Shown: one piece after another, positions 38,147 through 46,742 of the stretch
Numbering within the stretch: position 1 is the stretch's first letter
How the letters are laid out: every line of letters starts with the position of its first letter
NCBI GenBank assembly: GCA_018817205.1
Contig: JAHIUE010000080.1
Coordinates: forward strand, 1-49,731
From: Patescibacteria group bacterium
GTDB taxonomy: Bacteria > Patescibacteriota > Microgenomatia > Daviesbacterales > UBA10151
Direction: 5' to 3'
Length of the DNA stretch: 49,731 nt
Position numbers and translations under genes: made by a program
The notes under the pieces: model-generated
What the model was told of the DNA's origin: nothing
Databases searched by the model: none
What the model saw: the letters and a program-made list of their open reading frames with translations, nothing else

Positions 38147-39564
38147 TCCTTAAACTTTAAAGCAGCCAAATTAAGTCCCAGTATCATCCAAAAAAGAGAT
38201 GCCACTTTGGAAGCCTCAAATACATCAATAAATAGACCGTTTACCAAAAATGCAAAAAGCATAGCTAAAACCCCTGCTGAAAAATATCTCACCAGCCTAC
38301 TGTCGTACCTGCTTGCATTAAATATCCTTTTCCCCACCTCAGTTAAAATTAAAAATAACGAGAGCGTTCCCAATATTCCCACTTCTCCTAAAGAACGCAA
38401 GAAATCGTTATCTGTTGCTATGTCTAAAGAAGCATAGCCTGTACCGAGAAGCGGATTTTTTACAAAAGCTCTGATGGCTCTTGGCCATTCAATGTTATAT
38501 CTGATTGCAAAAGATCTATAAACACCAAGTTGAGTGGTATCAATAGGCTCTCCCGGAGTAATATCCGTTGCTGTTTGCCCCGAGGGAGAAGCAAAAGAAG
38601 ATGAAGATGCAGACTCACTTGAGGTCTTAATTGCCAGTGTCGGAATATTTAATTTGCTCCTTACCTGCTGGTCTTGCGTTTGACTTACGTATCTTTGTCC
38701 TCCTGAAAAAAGGTTCACAGTCGCTGTTGAAATCAACCTATCACGAAGTTGCGAGGGGTAAATTAAAATTACAACGGCCGCGATAAAAATCAGTAAAATA
38801 AATTTTGTTTTCCTCGAAAAAAGAAGGGCTAAAACCACTCCGGCAAATGCGGCAACAAAAGATATTCTTGCGGCTGTCATAATTAAGACCAAAAGAGACA
38901 AACCCCCAAGAGCTAAAATTATCAATTTCATCTTTTTAGAAACAGCGAAAAAAAGAGCAGAAAGTACGGTCAATGCCATTACCAAATATACGGCCAAGTC
39001 ATAATGTCCGGCAAAAGTAGAATTTGCTCTGGCTCCCGGAGTCAATCTCAAAATTAGACCTTTTGAAAATTCGGAATTAGTCGTAGATATAACAGGTAAA
39101 TCTAGAAACTGTTGACCTAGGGCATACAAATTCACTGAGACTACTGTTAAAGCTAAAAAGACTAGGACCCAAACAAACTGTTTTTTGCTTTTTACCACAC
39201 TTGCTACAACCGGCAGTAATAAAATAAATTCAACCCTTCTTAAGAAGTGCAGGATGCTGATATGAGGAGTTACAGTATGAGTTAAAAAAACCGCAGAAAA
39301 TGTAGAAACAAACCCAATAAAGAAAAATAGCAGCAAGCTTAGGCTTAATTTATCTTTTAGAAAACTCCTAACTTGATTCGAAATTACCAAATAAATCACC
39401 CAAAGCCCCAAAGTTAGGCCAATAATCAAATCCTCAATTCTTATGGCGACAAAAGTGCCGGTAATGTTAATTAGCGGAAATTTTGGGTATAGAGGGATAA
39501 ACACGAAAAGAAACAAAACCAAATAGAATAATATTTTTTCTAAAGTTGAGATGAATTTTTTCAT
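38143..39564 (-). CDS. O-antigen ligase/Wzy_C family membrane protein
   Basis: Polytopic; RANSTF, TAAR.S, NPLLGTG, DNDFLR.LGE.G. Confidence 0.82.
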   Translation of the reverse strand: MKKFISTLEKILFYLVLFLFVFIPLYPKFPLINITGTFVAIRIEDLIIGLTLGLWVIYLVISNQVRSFLKDKLSLSLLLFFFIGFVSTFSAVFLTHTVTPHISILHFLRRVEFILLLPVVASVVKSKKQFVWVLVFLALTVVSVNLYALGQQFLDLPVISTTNSEFSKGLILRLTPGARANSTFAGHYDLAVYLVMALTVLSALFFAVSKKMKLIILALGGLSLLVLIMTAARISFVAAFAGVVLALLFSRKTKFILLIFIAAVVILIYPSQLRDRLISTATVNLFSGGQRYVSQTQDQQVRSKLNIPTLAIKTSSESASSSSFASPSGQTATDITPGEPIDTTQLGVYRSFAIRYNIEWPRAIRAFVKNPLLGTGYASLDIATDNDFLRSLGEVGILGTLSLFLILTEVGKRIFNASRYDSRLVRYFSAGVLAMLFAFLVNGLFIDVFEASKVASLFWMILGLNLAALKFKE

Positions 39565-39567
39565 ATT

Positions 39568-40110
39568 TCAAACAATAATTTTCTTTCCCAATTTGAAAAG
39601 CCAATAAATTGAAGTTACTACTCCTAACCAAACTAAAAATTTTGTAAACTTCGAGGACGGATAAAAACGTAGCGTCGTCTTTGTATAAAAGCTCCTGTTC
39701 TCAACTTCAAATTTGCTAGATCCCCAGAATTTTGGTTCGAAATTTTCGTAAAACGGTTCAAAGCCATTAACATAGAATGAATCTCTTAAGGGATAAACAA
39801 ATTCCTCGAAGTATGTAGAATCCGTATGTTTTTTTATGGCAGTCCAAGAATATTCGGGAGGGTGGTTTAGTCTAATCGGAGGAAAAGGCAGGAAAGTTTT
39901 TTGCCAATAATTTGATTTGTAAAATGAGGTAACAAATTGCCTGTAATTATCCGAAAAATAACCTGCGACATTGGGGATTTCAACCGTGTCACCCGAAAGC
40001 GTAGATTTTATAGAGGAGGGGAGTGGCTTAAAATCGGAAATTTTACCGGGTCCAGGCCAAAGCATGTAAATTAAAAGTAAAAGTGAAAAAATAATGAATA
40101 GTTTTTTCAT
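39568..40110 (-). CDS. Hypothetical membrane protein
   Basis: N- and C-terminal TM helices; lies within the operon. Confidence 0.75.
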   Translation of the reverse strand: MKKLFIIFSLLLLIYMLWPGPGKISDFKPLPSSIKSTLSGDTVEIPNVAGYFSDNYRQFVTSFYKSNYWQKTFLPFPPIRLNHPPEYSWTAIKKHTDSTYFEEFVYPLRDSFYVNGFEPFYENFEPKFWGSSKFEVENRSFYTKTTLRFYPSSKFTKFLVWLGVVTSIYWLFKLGKKIIV

Positions 40111-40115
40111 TAATG

Positions 40116-40718
40116 CTATTGGAACAGCCTTGCCCTGCCTAATTTATAATGAAGGTCCTTTATTTTCCTCTCCCCTATTGCTTCAGCAGGCACACCTCCA
40201 ACTATCGCATACTGGGAAACATCTTTTGTAACAACCGCCCCAGCGGCAATTATCGCTCCTTTCCCTATTTTTACCCCGGGCAGAATAATCGCCCTCGGAC
40301 CTATGAAAACATAATCCCCTACTTCAACAGAAGCGGATATTGCATGGAAATCTTCGGAATTTATATCGTGTTCACTGTTATAGATCATTACACCCGAAGC
40401 AATATCCACATGATTACCGATAATAAGTTTATCCCTGCCGTCCAAAAAAGCATTATCGCCAATAATTGTCCCCTCGCCAATGACAATATTGGGAAGGTAA
40501 TAAAAACGGGCTCCAACATGAATTCTTGATCCTTTTCCAATCCTTATTCCAGCCAGGCTGTACATAAATAAACGGAAGTAGTGACAAGGTATCAATCCTG
40601 CCCAAGTTAAAAGCATCAATTCAAAATCCAATATCCAGTTAAAGACCCTGTTTACGGCTTTTTTGGAAGCCTCTTGTGTACTTAATGGTTTTCCCATCCT
40701 GTCCTGAAATAGAGCCAT
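40116..40718 (-). CDS. Left-handed beta-helix acyltransferase
   Basis: Hexapeptide repeats; VGDYVFIG..ILPGVKIGKGAIIAAGAVVTKDV..GGVPA. Confidence 0.93.
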   Translation of the reverse strand: MALFQDRMGKPLSTQEASKKAVNRVFNWILDFELMLLTWAGLIPCHYFRLFMYSLAGIRIGKGSRIHVGARFYYLPNIVIGEGTIIGDNAFLDGRDKLIIGNHVDIASGVMIYNSEHDINSEDFHAISASVEVGDYVFIGPRAIILPGVKIGKGAIIAAGAVVTKDVSQYAIVGGVPAEAIGERKIKDLHYKLGRARLFQ

Positions 40719-40760
40719 ATATAAGTTAATTATATGGGGAAAGACTAGTATAAGCAAACC

Positions 40761-41456
40761 CTATGTGTAATATTTCCTAAGTAAGGCCATTGCCAAAATT
40801 TCAACACAGTTATAAATAGGCAAGGAATATCTCTTTGGAAAAACTAAAGGCAACTCTGTACACCCTAAAATAATTCCTTGCGCCCCTTCCTTTTTTAAAG
40901 AGTTTGCGACCCTTAAAAGCGTTTTTTCATCACTATATGTATTTTTTTCTTTTAAAACATTCTCAACAATATCCTTAAATAGTCTTTGTATATTTTCTGT
41001 CGGGATAAGAACATCTACACCTTTTTTCTTCAAAGCTTCCTGATATAATCCCTCTCTTATTGTAGCAGGAGAAGCCAATAACCCAATTCTATTTACATTA
41101 TCTTTACTTACTTGCAATGCAACTTCCTTAATCATAGAAAGAAATGGAGTTTTTGACACTTGTTGAAGATCATTAAGTAATAAGTGAGCTGTATTGCATA
41201 CAATACAAAAAGATAAAACATCACATTTATCTAATTGAATTACTCTTTGCTTAAGCATTTTCAATGCAATCTTCTTTTCGTAATCATTAGCAATAAAACC
41301 TGGTATAGGAATGGAGTCAAGAATAATTTCCGGAAAATCAGCATTGTTTTTTACACCAAAAAACTTCACTGACAATTCTATCAGTAACTTGCATAAATAT
41401 AATGACGCTTGAGGTCCTATTCCTCCTAAAATACCAATAGCTTTTTTACTTTTCAT
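40761..41456 (-). CDS. Asp/Glu racemase family amino-acid racemase
   Basis: IGILGGIGP, CNTAH and LGCTELP (both catalytic Cys present). Confidence 0.92.
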   Translation of the reverse strand: MKSKKAIGILGGIGPQASLYLCKLLIELSVKFFGVKNNADFPEIILDSIPIPGFIANDYEKKIALKMLKQRVIQLDKCDVLSFCIVCNTAHLLLNDLQQVSKTPFLSMIKEVALQVSKDNVNRIGLLASPATIREGLYQEALKKKGVDVLIPTENIQRLFKDIVENVLKEKNTYSDEKTLLRVANSLKKEGAQGIILGCTELPLVFPKRYSLPIYNCVEILAMALLRKYYT

Positions 41457-42688
41457 ACTTTAAAGATGGTTTTCTCCATTTCTCCAAGAGCCAACCCTGG
41501 CCTGGTATCAAGACCACACTTTATTACTCCTTCTTGTCTTAATAAATCCAAAGAGCAATCACCGCATAAATCCGGCATATCGTCTATTGTCTTTTTCTCT
41601 TCATTAAATATACAATTTAGTTGACAAAGGCGATAACAACCTGTTGTCACTAAACCTGTCCACCAGCAACCCGAACCTCGACATAGCTCCTTACAGCTTT
41701 GAATTCTAAAACCCTGTTCTAAAAATGCTTGCCTTATTGAGTTTTGCTCTATCTGTCCGAAAGTTCCTGATAAGACATTTCCAAATTTAGCATAGTTTGT
41801 ACTACCTCTGCCCATATTAGTACATGGCAAATAAAGCCCATCATTATTGATCTGACCTCCTTTTTTTATCATATCGCATGCTTCATCATAGGCCTGAGGC
41901 GAAACAGCATCATTGTAGGTTGGTAAGATTAATCCTATTTCTCTATCTATCTCTATAAATTCCTCCATTTGGACAACAATCCTTTTGGTTAGCAACGGAT
42001 AAGTAGTCAACCACTCAATCTGCCTATCGTAGCTTTCATTGGGTGGAGATACATATTCCATGATTGGTTTAGTACCCAAACTTTCTCTCGCCCACCTAAA
42101 TACTCTGCTCAAATTGCCGTTATTCATTACAGCATCAGTTAAACAGCATTGCATCATCAATCTATCTCCTCCTTTTTCTTTAAAGATCCTCTCTGCATTT
42201 CTCCATGCCGCATGACTATTTTGAAGAGTACCGAGTTTACCTACACTAACGTCCTGAATCTTTTCCGCTAAAGTATCATCATCTATAGTATGTCTATGCA
42301 TTAATAAACTTACGCCCGGGATAAGCACTTGACGCGCATAGGCTTCATCAGCAAACCTTAATCCATGGCTTATTAACAATACGAACTTAAACCCTAAATT
42401 AACTGCTTCCTGTAATAATTGAGGTAAATCGGGATTTTGTGTGGGTTCCGCACCCAAGAAGTATACTTCAGTAACTCCGGCTTCTCTTAATTTACGCATC
42501 GTTTTGGAAGCAATTTCCGGTAGTAAATAACCTGCTTTTCCAGCCCCGGGAGGTCGATAGCAATGAGGACACGCTAAATCACAAGCTTCTGACGCATCAA
42601 GACCAGCACCATTAATTTTAACTGGTCCGTCTTTTTGACCAGTAAATCCTCTAAATTCGTTTATTGATTCTAATTTGCCTATTGGCAT
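41453..42688 (-). CDS. Radical SAM protein with Cys-rich (SPASM-like) C-terminus
   Basis: CDLACPHC, LGAEP, YLPC and many C-terminal Cys; SD AAGGAGAGG. Confidence 0.9.
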   Translation of the reverse strand: MPIGKLESINEFRGFTGQKDGPVKINGAGLDASEACDLACPHCYRPPGAGKAGYLLPEIASKTMRKLREAGVTEVYFLGAEPTQNPDLPQLLQEAVNLGFKFVLLISHGLRFADEAYARQVLIPGVSLLMHRHTIDDDTLAEKIQDVSVGKLGTLQNSHAAWRNAERIFKEKGGDRLMMQCCLTDAVMNNGNLSRVFRWARESLGTKPIMEYVSPPNESYDRQIEWLTTYPLLTKRIVVQMEEFIEIDREIGLILPTYNDAVSPQAYDEACDMIKKGGQINNDGLYLPCTNMGRGSTNYAKFGNVLSGTFGQIEQNSIRQAFLEQGFRIQSCKELCRGSGCWWTGLVTTGCYRLCQLNCIFNEEKKTIDDMPDLCGDCSLDLLRQEGVIKCGLDTRPGLALGEMEKTIFKV

Positions 42689-42707
42689 ATTCCTCTCCTT
42701 TCCATTT

Positions 42708-42756
42708 AAAAAACCCTTGCAAATTTCCGATCAATACAATCAGAAACTCACAAGGG
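42708..42756 (-). terminator. Intrinsic terminator of the T-box leader
   Basis: CCCTTGTGAGTTTCTGAT-loop-ATCGGAAATTTGCAAGGG followed by TTTTTT. Confidence 0.88.
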
Positions 42757-42900
42757 CCATTTAGGCGGTGCCACCTTGATTTTTACTTATTCATGCTCTT
42801 CTTTTTCTTCATAGAAAACAAAGAGTGCTGACTTTTACGGTTTCGCCTCCGTAGCATACTCTTGCTCTACTCCCCGGTTCCAACCTTCCGGATCAAAGCA
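42708..42900 (-). ncRNA. T-box riboswitch (transcriptional, ultrashort Stem I, probably Trp)
   Basis: Antiterminator AAGG-TGGCACC-GCC-TAAAT-GGC-CCTT overlapping the terminator; K-turn Stem I with TGG in its loop; Stem II, IIA/B and III candidates. Confidence 0.85.
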
Positions 42901-42912
42901 TTTATAGTTTTT

Positions 42913-43170
42913 CTAATTTACTACTTTAAATCTTCCTTTCTGCAGTTCTCTTGAACCGCGGGTTACTGTTGCAACCCCAACTCCTAAACTTTCTGCAATT
43001 CCCTGCTGGGGAATACCCTGTTTTAGCATTTTAACAATACGCAATCTCATTGGAATTTCCAGCCGTTCCTTTGGAGTTAAAATCCCCAAAAGAAAATCTT
43101 CCATCTTGTCTTCTCTTTTAATAGTTAATAATAAATTAATCAACTCTTGAAGTTGCTTATTTCTAACCAT
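42913..43170 (-). CDS. trpR: TrpR-like (YerC/YecD family) repressor
   Basis: LTPKER..I..RLRIV.ML..G..Q..IA..LGV..ATVTRGSREL; trp-type operator directly upstream. Confidence 0.88.
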   Translation of the reverse strand: MVRNKQLQELINLLLTIKREDKMEDFLLGILTPKERLEIPMRLRIVKMLKQGIPQQGIAESLGVGVATVTRGSRELQKGRFKVVN

Positions 43171-43173
43171 TGC

Positions 43174-43207
43174 GTACTAGTATACTAGTACAAGAGTATT
43201 GTGTCAA
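43174..43207 (-). promoter_or_regulatory. Promoter with TrpR-type operator over the -10
   Basis: TTGACA(43207-43202)-17-TATACT(43184-43179); perfect palindrome GTACTAGTATACTAGTAC 43174-43191. Confidence 0.9.
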
Positions 43208-43234
43208 GGGACGGCTTTTATATAATGGCAAGCT

Positions 43235-43636
43235 TTATAGTTGCAGGTCTGTGATGGCTCTTGCTAAATCTTCAATCGTACTCCACTTGAATGATTGGGA
43301 TGCTATCGCCGGCACATACGTTTTCGTAACGGTGTCTTTAGTTGCCGCAATAATTGGGACCCTTTTCGCCATGCAGTAACCTACCTCAATCAACATCCCT
43401 TCACTTTTGTTATCTGAAGTCTGAACCACAAAGAGAAAATCTGCATTGTCGATAATGCCAAAAGCGTGTTCCATGATTTGGCGGACACCAAGAGATTTAC
43501 CTTCTATGGCCTCATCAAAGAAAGTACTGTATGCCTCGATCCCTCGACCTTTGAACGCCTCCCTGATAGCAATCAGTACAGGTTCGACTGCCTGAGGATC
43601 CTCACCAGTCGAGCGGTAAGCAATAAAGGCTTTCAT
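43235..43636 (-). CDS. Nucleoside 2-deoxyribosyltransferase-like protein
   Basis: FIAY.., IDNADFLFVV, SEGMLIEVGY..AKRVPII. Confidence 0.82.
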   Translation of the reverse strand: MKAFIAYRSTGEDPQAVEPVLIAIREAFKGRGIEAYSTFFDEAIEGKSLGVRQIMEHAFGIIDNADFLFVVQTSDNKSEGMLIEVGYCMAKRVPIIAATKDTVTKTYVPAIASQSFKWSTIEDLARAITDLQL

Positions 43637-43739
43637 AATAAGCTAATTATAGCAAATGCAAAAAGATTGTCCCAGCCTACGCTTTACTTATTATGAAATT
43701 AAAATATAATAAGCTTCATAAATTGAACTATAGAGTCAT

Positions 43740-44819
43740 ATGAGCGCCTGCGAACAATTGGATACAGTAGTTACCCGACGATTAGATGAGTATGCATCAG
43801 CCGTTACCACACCTGATGCTCCTGAAGTTGCCTTACCCGGAGGTATCGAGATAATTAATACCGAGTTCACGCCAGATACCTTGGGTATGAAGGTTGTTTT
43901 CACCGGCACGCGGAACGACGGTAAGGTAGCCACCTTTGAAACCGGCAGCTTTTTAGATAATGGCGGGGTCGAAAACGCTTCCGATCGACATGATATTTGT
44001 GTATCGACTGCCGGCGGTTGCACTAAGGCTTGCCGGTTCTGTTCGGTGCCATATTCTGAACTTGGCTTTGAACGCCTACTCACCGCCGAAGAATTGGTGG
44101 TCCAGACTATCTATACGATTCTGGAACGAAATCGCGGGGCTTCTATGCCAAATGCTCTAGGCTTCATGGGTAATGGTGAACCATCAGATAACGCCGCCGT
44201 CATCCCGGCAGTATGTTACTTAGCTGACAAACCTGAGCTAAATATAGAAAGAGTTACCTTTTCGACGATCGGCGAAAATATAGCCGGCATTGGTAAAATG
44301 GCCAGGAGTTTTGCTCAGCTCGATATGCGAACCATTATGCAATTTAGTCTGCATGCCGCCGATGAGACAAAACGCCGCTCAATCATACCAGGTCGAAAAC
44401 CACTTGATAAGATTCTAAAGGCGATCGATGGATACGGTGAAGTTACCGGTGAACCGGTAAAGTTCAATGTCGCACTCATGGATGGCACCTATGATTTCAA
44501 AGGCTTTACTAATGCTTCGCCAGAGGATGCTCGAATGTTGGCGCAAATCCTTACGGCACCAAGTGCCGTTTCGGGCAATCCCATCAGACGGCTCCTCAAG
44601 CTATCCGCCTACAATAGTGTTCCAGGTATACCATTTGAGCCGGCGTCATCTGTCGCAGTAGAAGCTTTTGTGGCTATTTTAGCTGAACATGGTATAACTG
44701 ATATTCAAAGGTTTCGGGGAAGTGGTATAGAAATTAATGAACAAAAAACTATTGGCGGCTTCGCTTGTGGACAGCTCAGAGCCACCACACCTAATACCCT
44801 AGCGAAAGTTCATCAATAA
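43740..44819 (+). CDS. RlmN/Cfr-like radical SAM methyl synthase (divergent)
   Basis: CVSTAGGCTKACRFC, FMGNGEP, QFSLH, ACGQL. Confidence 0.85.
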   Translation: MSACEQLDTVVTRRLDEYASAVTTPDAPEVALPGGIEIINTEFTPDTLGMKVVFTGTRNDGKVATFETGSFLDNGGVENASDRHDICVSTAGGCTKACRFCSVPYSELGFERLLTAEELVVQTIYTILERNRGASMPNALGFMGNGEPSDNAAVIPAVCYLADKPELNIERVTFSTIGENIAGIGKMARSFAQLDMRTIMQFSLHAADETKRRSIIPGRKPLDKILKAIDGYGEVTGEPVKFNVALMDGTYDFKGFTNASPEDARMLAQILTAPSAVSGNPIRRLLKLSAYNSVPGIPFEPASSVAVEAFVAILAEHGITDIQRFRGSGIEINEQKTIGGFACGQLRATTPNTLAKVHQ

Positions 44820-45571
44820 GAATCAACGGCGGTAGCCGGTTTTTGGGTACTGACGAATAGGTGTAAGAATGGGAAAGATAAGCGGTCGGCGGTATGATAC
44901 CTATCGCCTAAGATTGTAACCACTTCGTCCGCTCTTTCCATGAAAGCATCGTTTCTCGCTCGCTCACCGTTAGAGGCCAGGAAGGCCATAGCCATTATCA
45001 TTTGAGTTACAGTGTCGGCTGTCAAGGTGCTGGTGACGTTTTGAATCTCAGTTTCTCCCTTAGCTTGCAAAGCACGTAGACAATCATGCAAGCTGTCATT
45101 AAATTGCTCACTATAACCAAGCCCGACATGGTCAAGTAGTTGGCTCCAGTCATCCTGCTTGATGCCGAGGTGGGTGACCACCAGCAAATGTCCGCCGGGT
45201 TTGACTAGTCCCCAGGCCGGGGGAACTAGCGTGGCGTGCTCACCGGCTGTGTGGGAAATGACATGGGACATCAGCACTAGGTCGTACAAACCCTTAACCT
45301 CTGTAGGAAACACTTCCTCAATAACCTGTTTGCCGGCCTGACGCAACCGGGCGGCGTACTGCGGGTTCTGCTCAATGGCCACATAATCCTCAACCATTTC
45401 TGAAAGAGGCAGAGCTACTTGGCCGTCGCCAGCGCCAATGTCGAGCAACGAGTTAGCATTATAGCGAATGATGTAGTCAGAGAATTTCGCAACATAAATT
45501 TGCTTTTCATCGGTACACTGCAGAAGGCTTTCAAGGCCTTGATAGTAGAGAACTTCAAAAGTCTGCGGCAT
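44813..45571 (-). CDS. Class I SAM-dependent methyltransferase
   Basis: LLDIGAGDG, YDLVLMSHV, VKPGGHLLV. Confidence 0.88.
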   Translation of the reverse strand: MPQTFEVLYYQGLESLLQCTDEKQIYVAKFSDYIIRYNANSLLDIGAGDGQVALPLSEMVEDYVAIEQNPQYAARLRQAGKQVIEEVFPTEVKGLYDLVLMSHVISHTAGEHATLVPPAWGLVKPGGHLLVVTHLGIKQDDWSQLLDHVGLGYSEQFNDSLHDCLRALQAKGETEIQNVTSTLTADTVTQMIMAMAFLASNGERARNDAFMERADEVVTILGDRYHTADRLSFPFLHLFVSTQKPATAVDSY

Positions 45572-45605
45572 ATATTGTGAGATTATAGCTTATAACCAAA
45601 TTATG

Positions 45606-46742
45606 TCAAACCTTAAGTGTAACTTTTTCAAAAACTTTTAGTACACTTCTGGCCATTTTGGACCAGGAAAATTTTCGGGCTTGGATAATTCCTGCTTTAG
45701 AATATTTTTGGCACAACTTATTATCCGTTGTCACTATCCTTATTGCCTGTTCTATCTGATCAACAGAGTAAGGATCAACCAGAAGTCCTGCTTTCCCCAC
45801 CACTTCGGGAAGAGATGAAACATTGGAAACAACCACCGGAACACCGGAGGCCATTGCCTCAACTACCGGTATCCCAAAACCTTCCCATAGCGATGGCAGG
45901 ATAAATGCTTGAGCTCCCGCAAGAAGCAAAGGCAGATTTTTAATCGGAACAAACCCCAAAAACTTTACTCTATTTTCAATCCCGAGACTTTGGGGAGTCT
46001 TCAATATCTCTTCATACATCCAACCTTCTTTGCCTTCTCCCTCAGTTTTTCCCACAATAACAAGCTGTATTTGGTCTTCTGTTCTGGCAAACGCCTCAAT
46101 AAGTCTTATTAAATTTTTCCTTGGCTGCAGAGTCCCTATATATATAATGTAGTTACTCTCTATTTTATATTTCTTTTTTACTGTTTTAATTCTGAACTCT
46201 GAATTCTGAATTCTAAATTGTTCCCGGTCATAACCTGGATAAGCTACGGTAATTTTTTCTTTTGGCACTTTGTACTCTTTACAAATATCCTCTTTGGAAA
46301 ACTGGGAGATAGTAATTATATAATCCGCATTTTCAACAGAAAATTTTGTCCAATTTTTAAGTTTATATAAATCTTTCTTGAGAAAAGTTTCTGGAAAATG
46401 TAAAAAAGACAGATCAAATACTGTTACTATCTTTTTAACCGATGCCGGTGAAAATCTTGGAATATAATGCGTCGGCGAAAAGAATATATCAGGCTTATCT
46501 TTTGCAGAATATAAGGCCAAAGGTAAAGCGATTCTAGTCCAGAACTTCTCGGGTTTTAAAATTCTATATTTCCATCCTGCTCGTTCTCTTGGTAAATCCT
46601 CAAGCGGCGGGTTTGGCAAAAGAACCGTGTAATCATTAATCTGATCATTTTCCTCCAAATGCCGGAGTAACTCATATGCCACTTGTGAAGATCCCAATCT
46701 TTGCTCAACATTTGCTTCATATCCATCAATCCAAATTCTCAT
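45606..46742 (-). CDS. GT4 glycosyltransferase
   Basis: [22 protein letters not shown]. Confidence 0.93.
   Translation of the reverse strand: MRIWIDGYEANVEQRLGSSQVAYELLRHLEENDQINDYTVLLPNPPLEDLPRERAGWKYRILKPEKFWTRIALPLALYSAKDKPDIFFSPTHYIPRFSPASVKKIVTVFDLSFLHFPETFLKKDLYKLKNWTKFSVENADYIITISQFSKEDICKEYKVPKEKITVAYPGYDREQFRIQNSEFRIKTVKKKYKIESNYIIYIGTLQPRKNLIRLIEAFARTEDQIQLVIVGKTEGEGKEGWMYEEILKTPQSLGIENRVKFLGFVPIKNLPLLLAGAQAFILPSLWEGFGIPVVEAMASGVPVVVSNVSSLPEVVGKAGLLVDPYSVDQIEQAIRIVTTDNKLCQKYSKAGIIQARKFSWSKMARSVLKVFEKVTLKV
46188..46219 (+). repeat. 7-bp tandem repeat inside a GT4 gene
   Basis: AATTCTG AACTCTG AATTCTG AATTCTA AATT. Confidence 0.6.

Noticed and set aside
42783..42812. Mini-ORF MKKKKSMNK as an attenuator leader peptide or RiPP precursor
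   Set aside because: No Trp codons and no SD; it overlaps T-box Stem III, which explains the sequence
43736..44083. Antisense and nested ORFs from the track (also 12056-12550, 14008-14556, 18425-18883, 23246-23701 and others)
   Set aside because: Shadow frames of well-supported genes, with no recognisable motifs
43740..44819. cfr resistance gene or true rlmN call
   Set aside because: Too divergent to assign C2 versus C8 specificity by eye
40749..45606. Target-site duplication flanking the insertion (TATAAGCAAA vs TATAACCAAA)
   Set aside because: Short, AT-rich and imperfect; expected by chance
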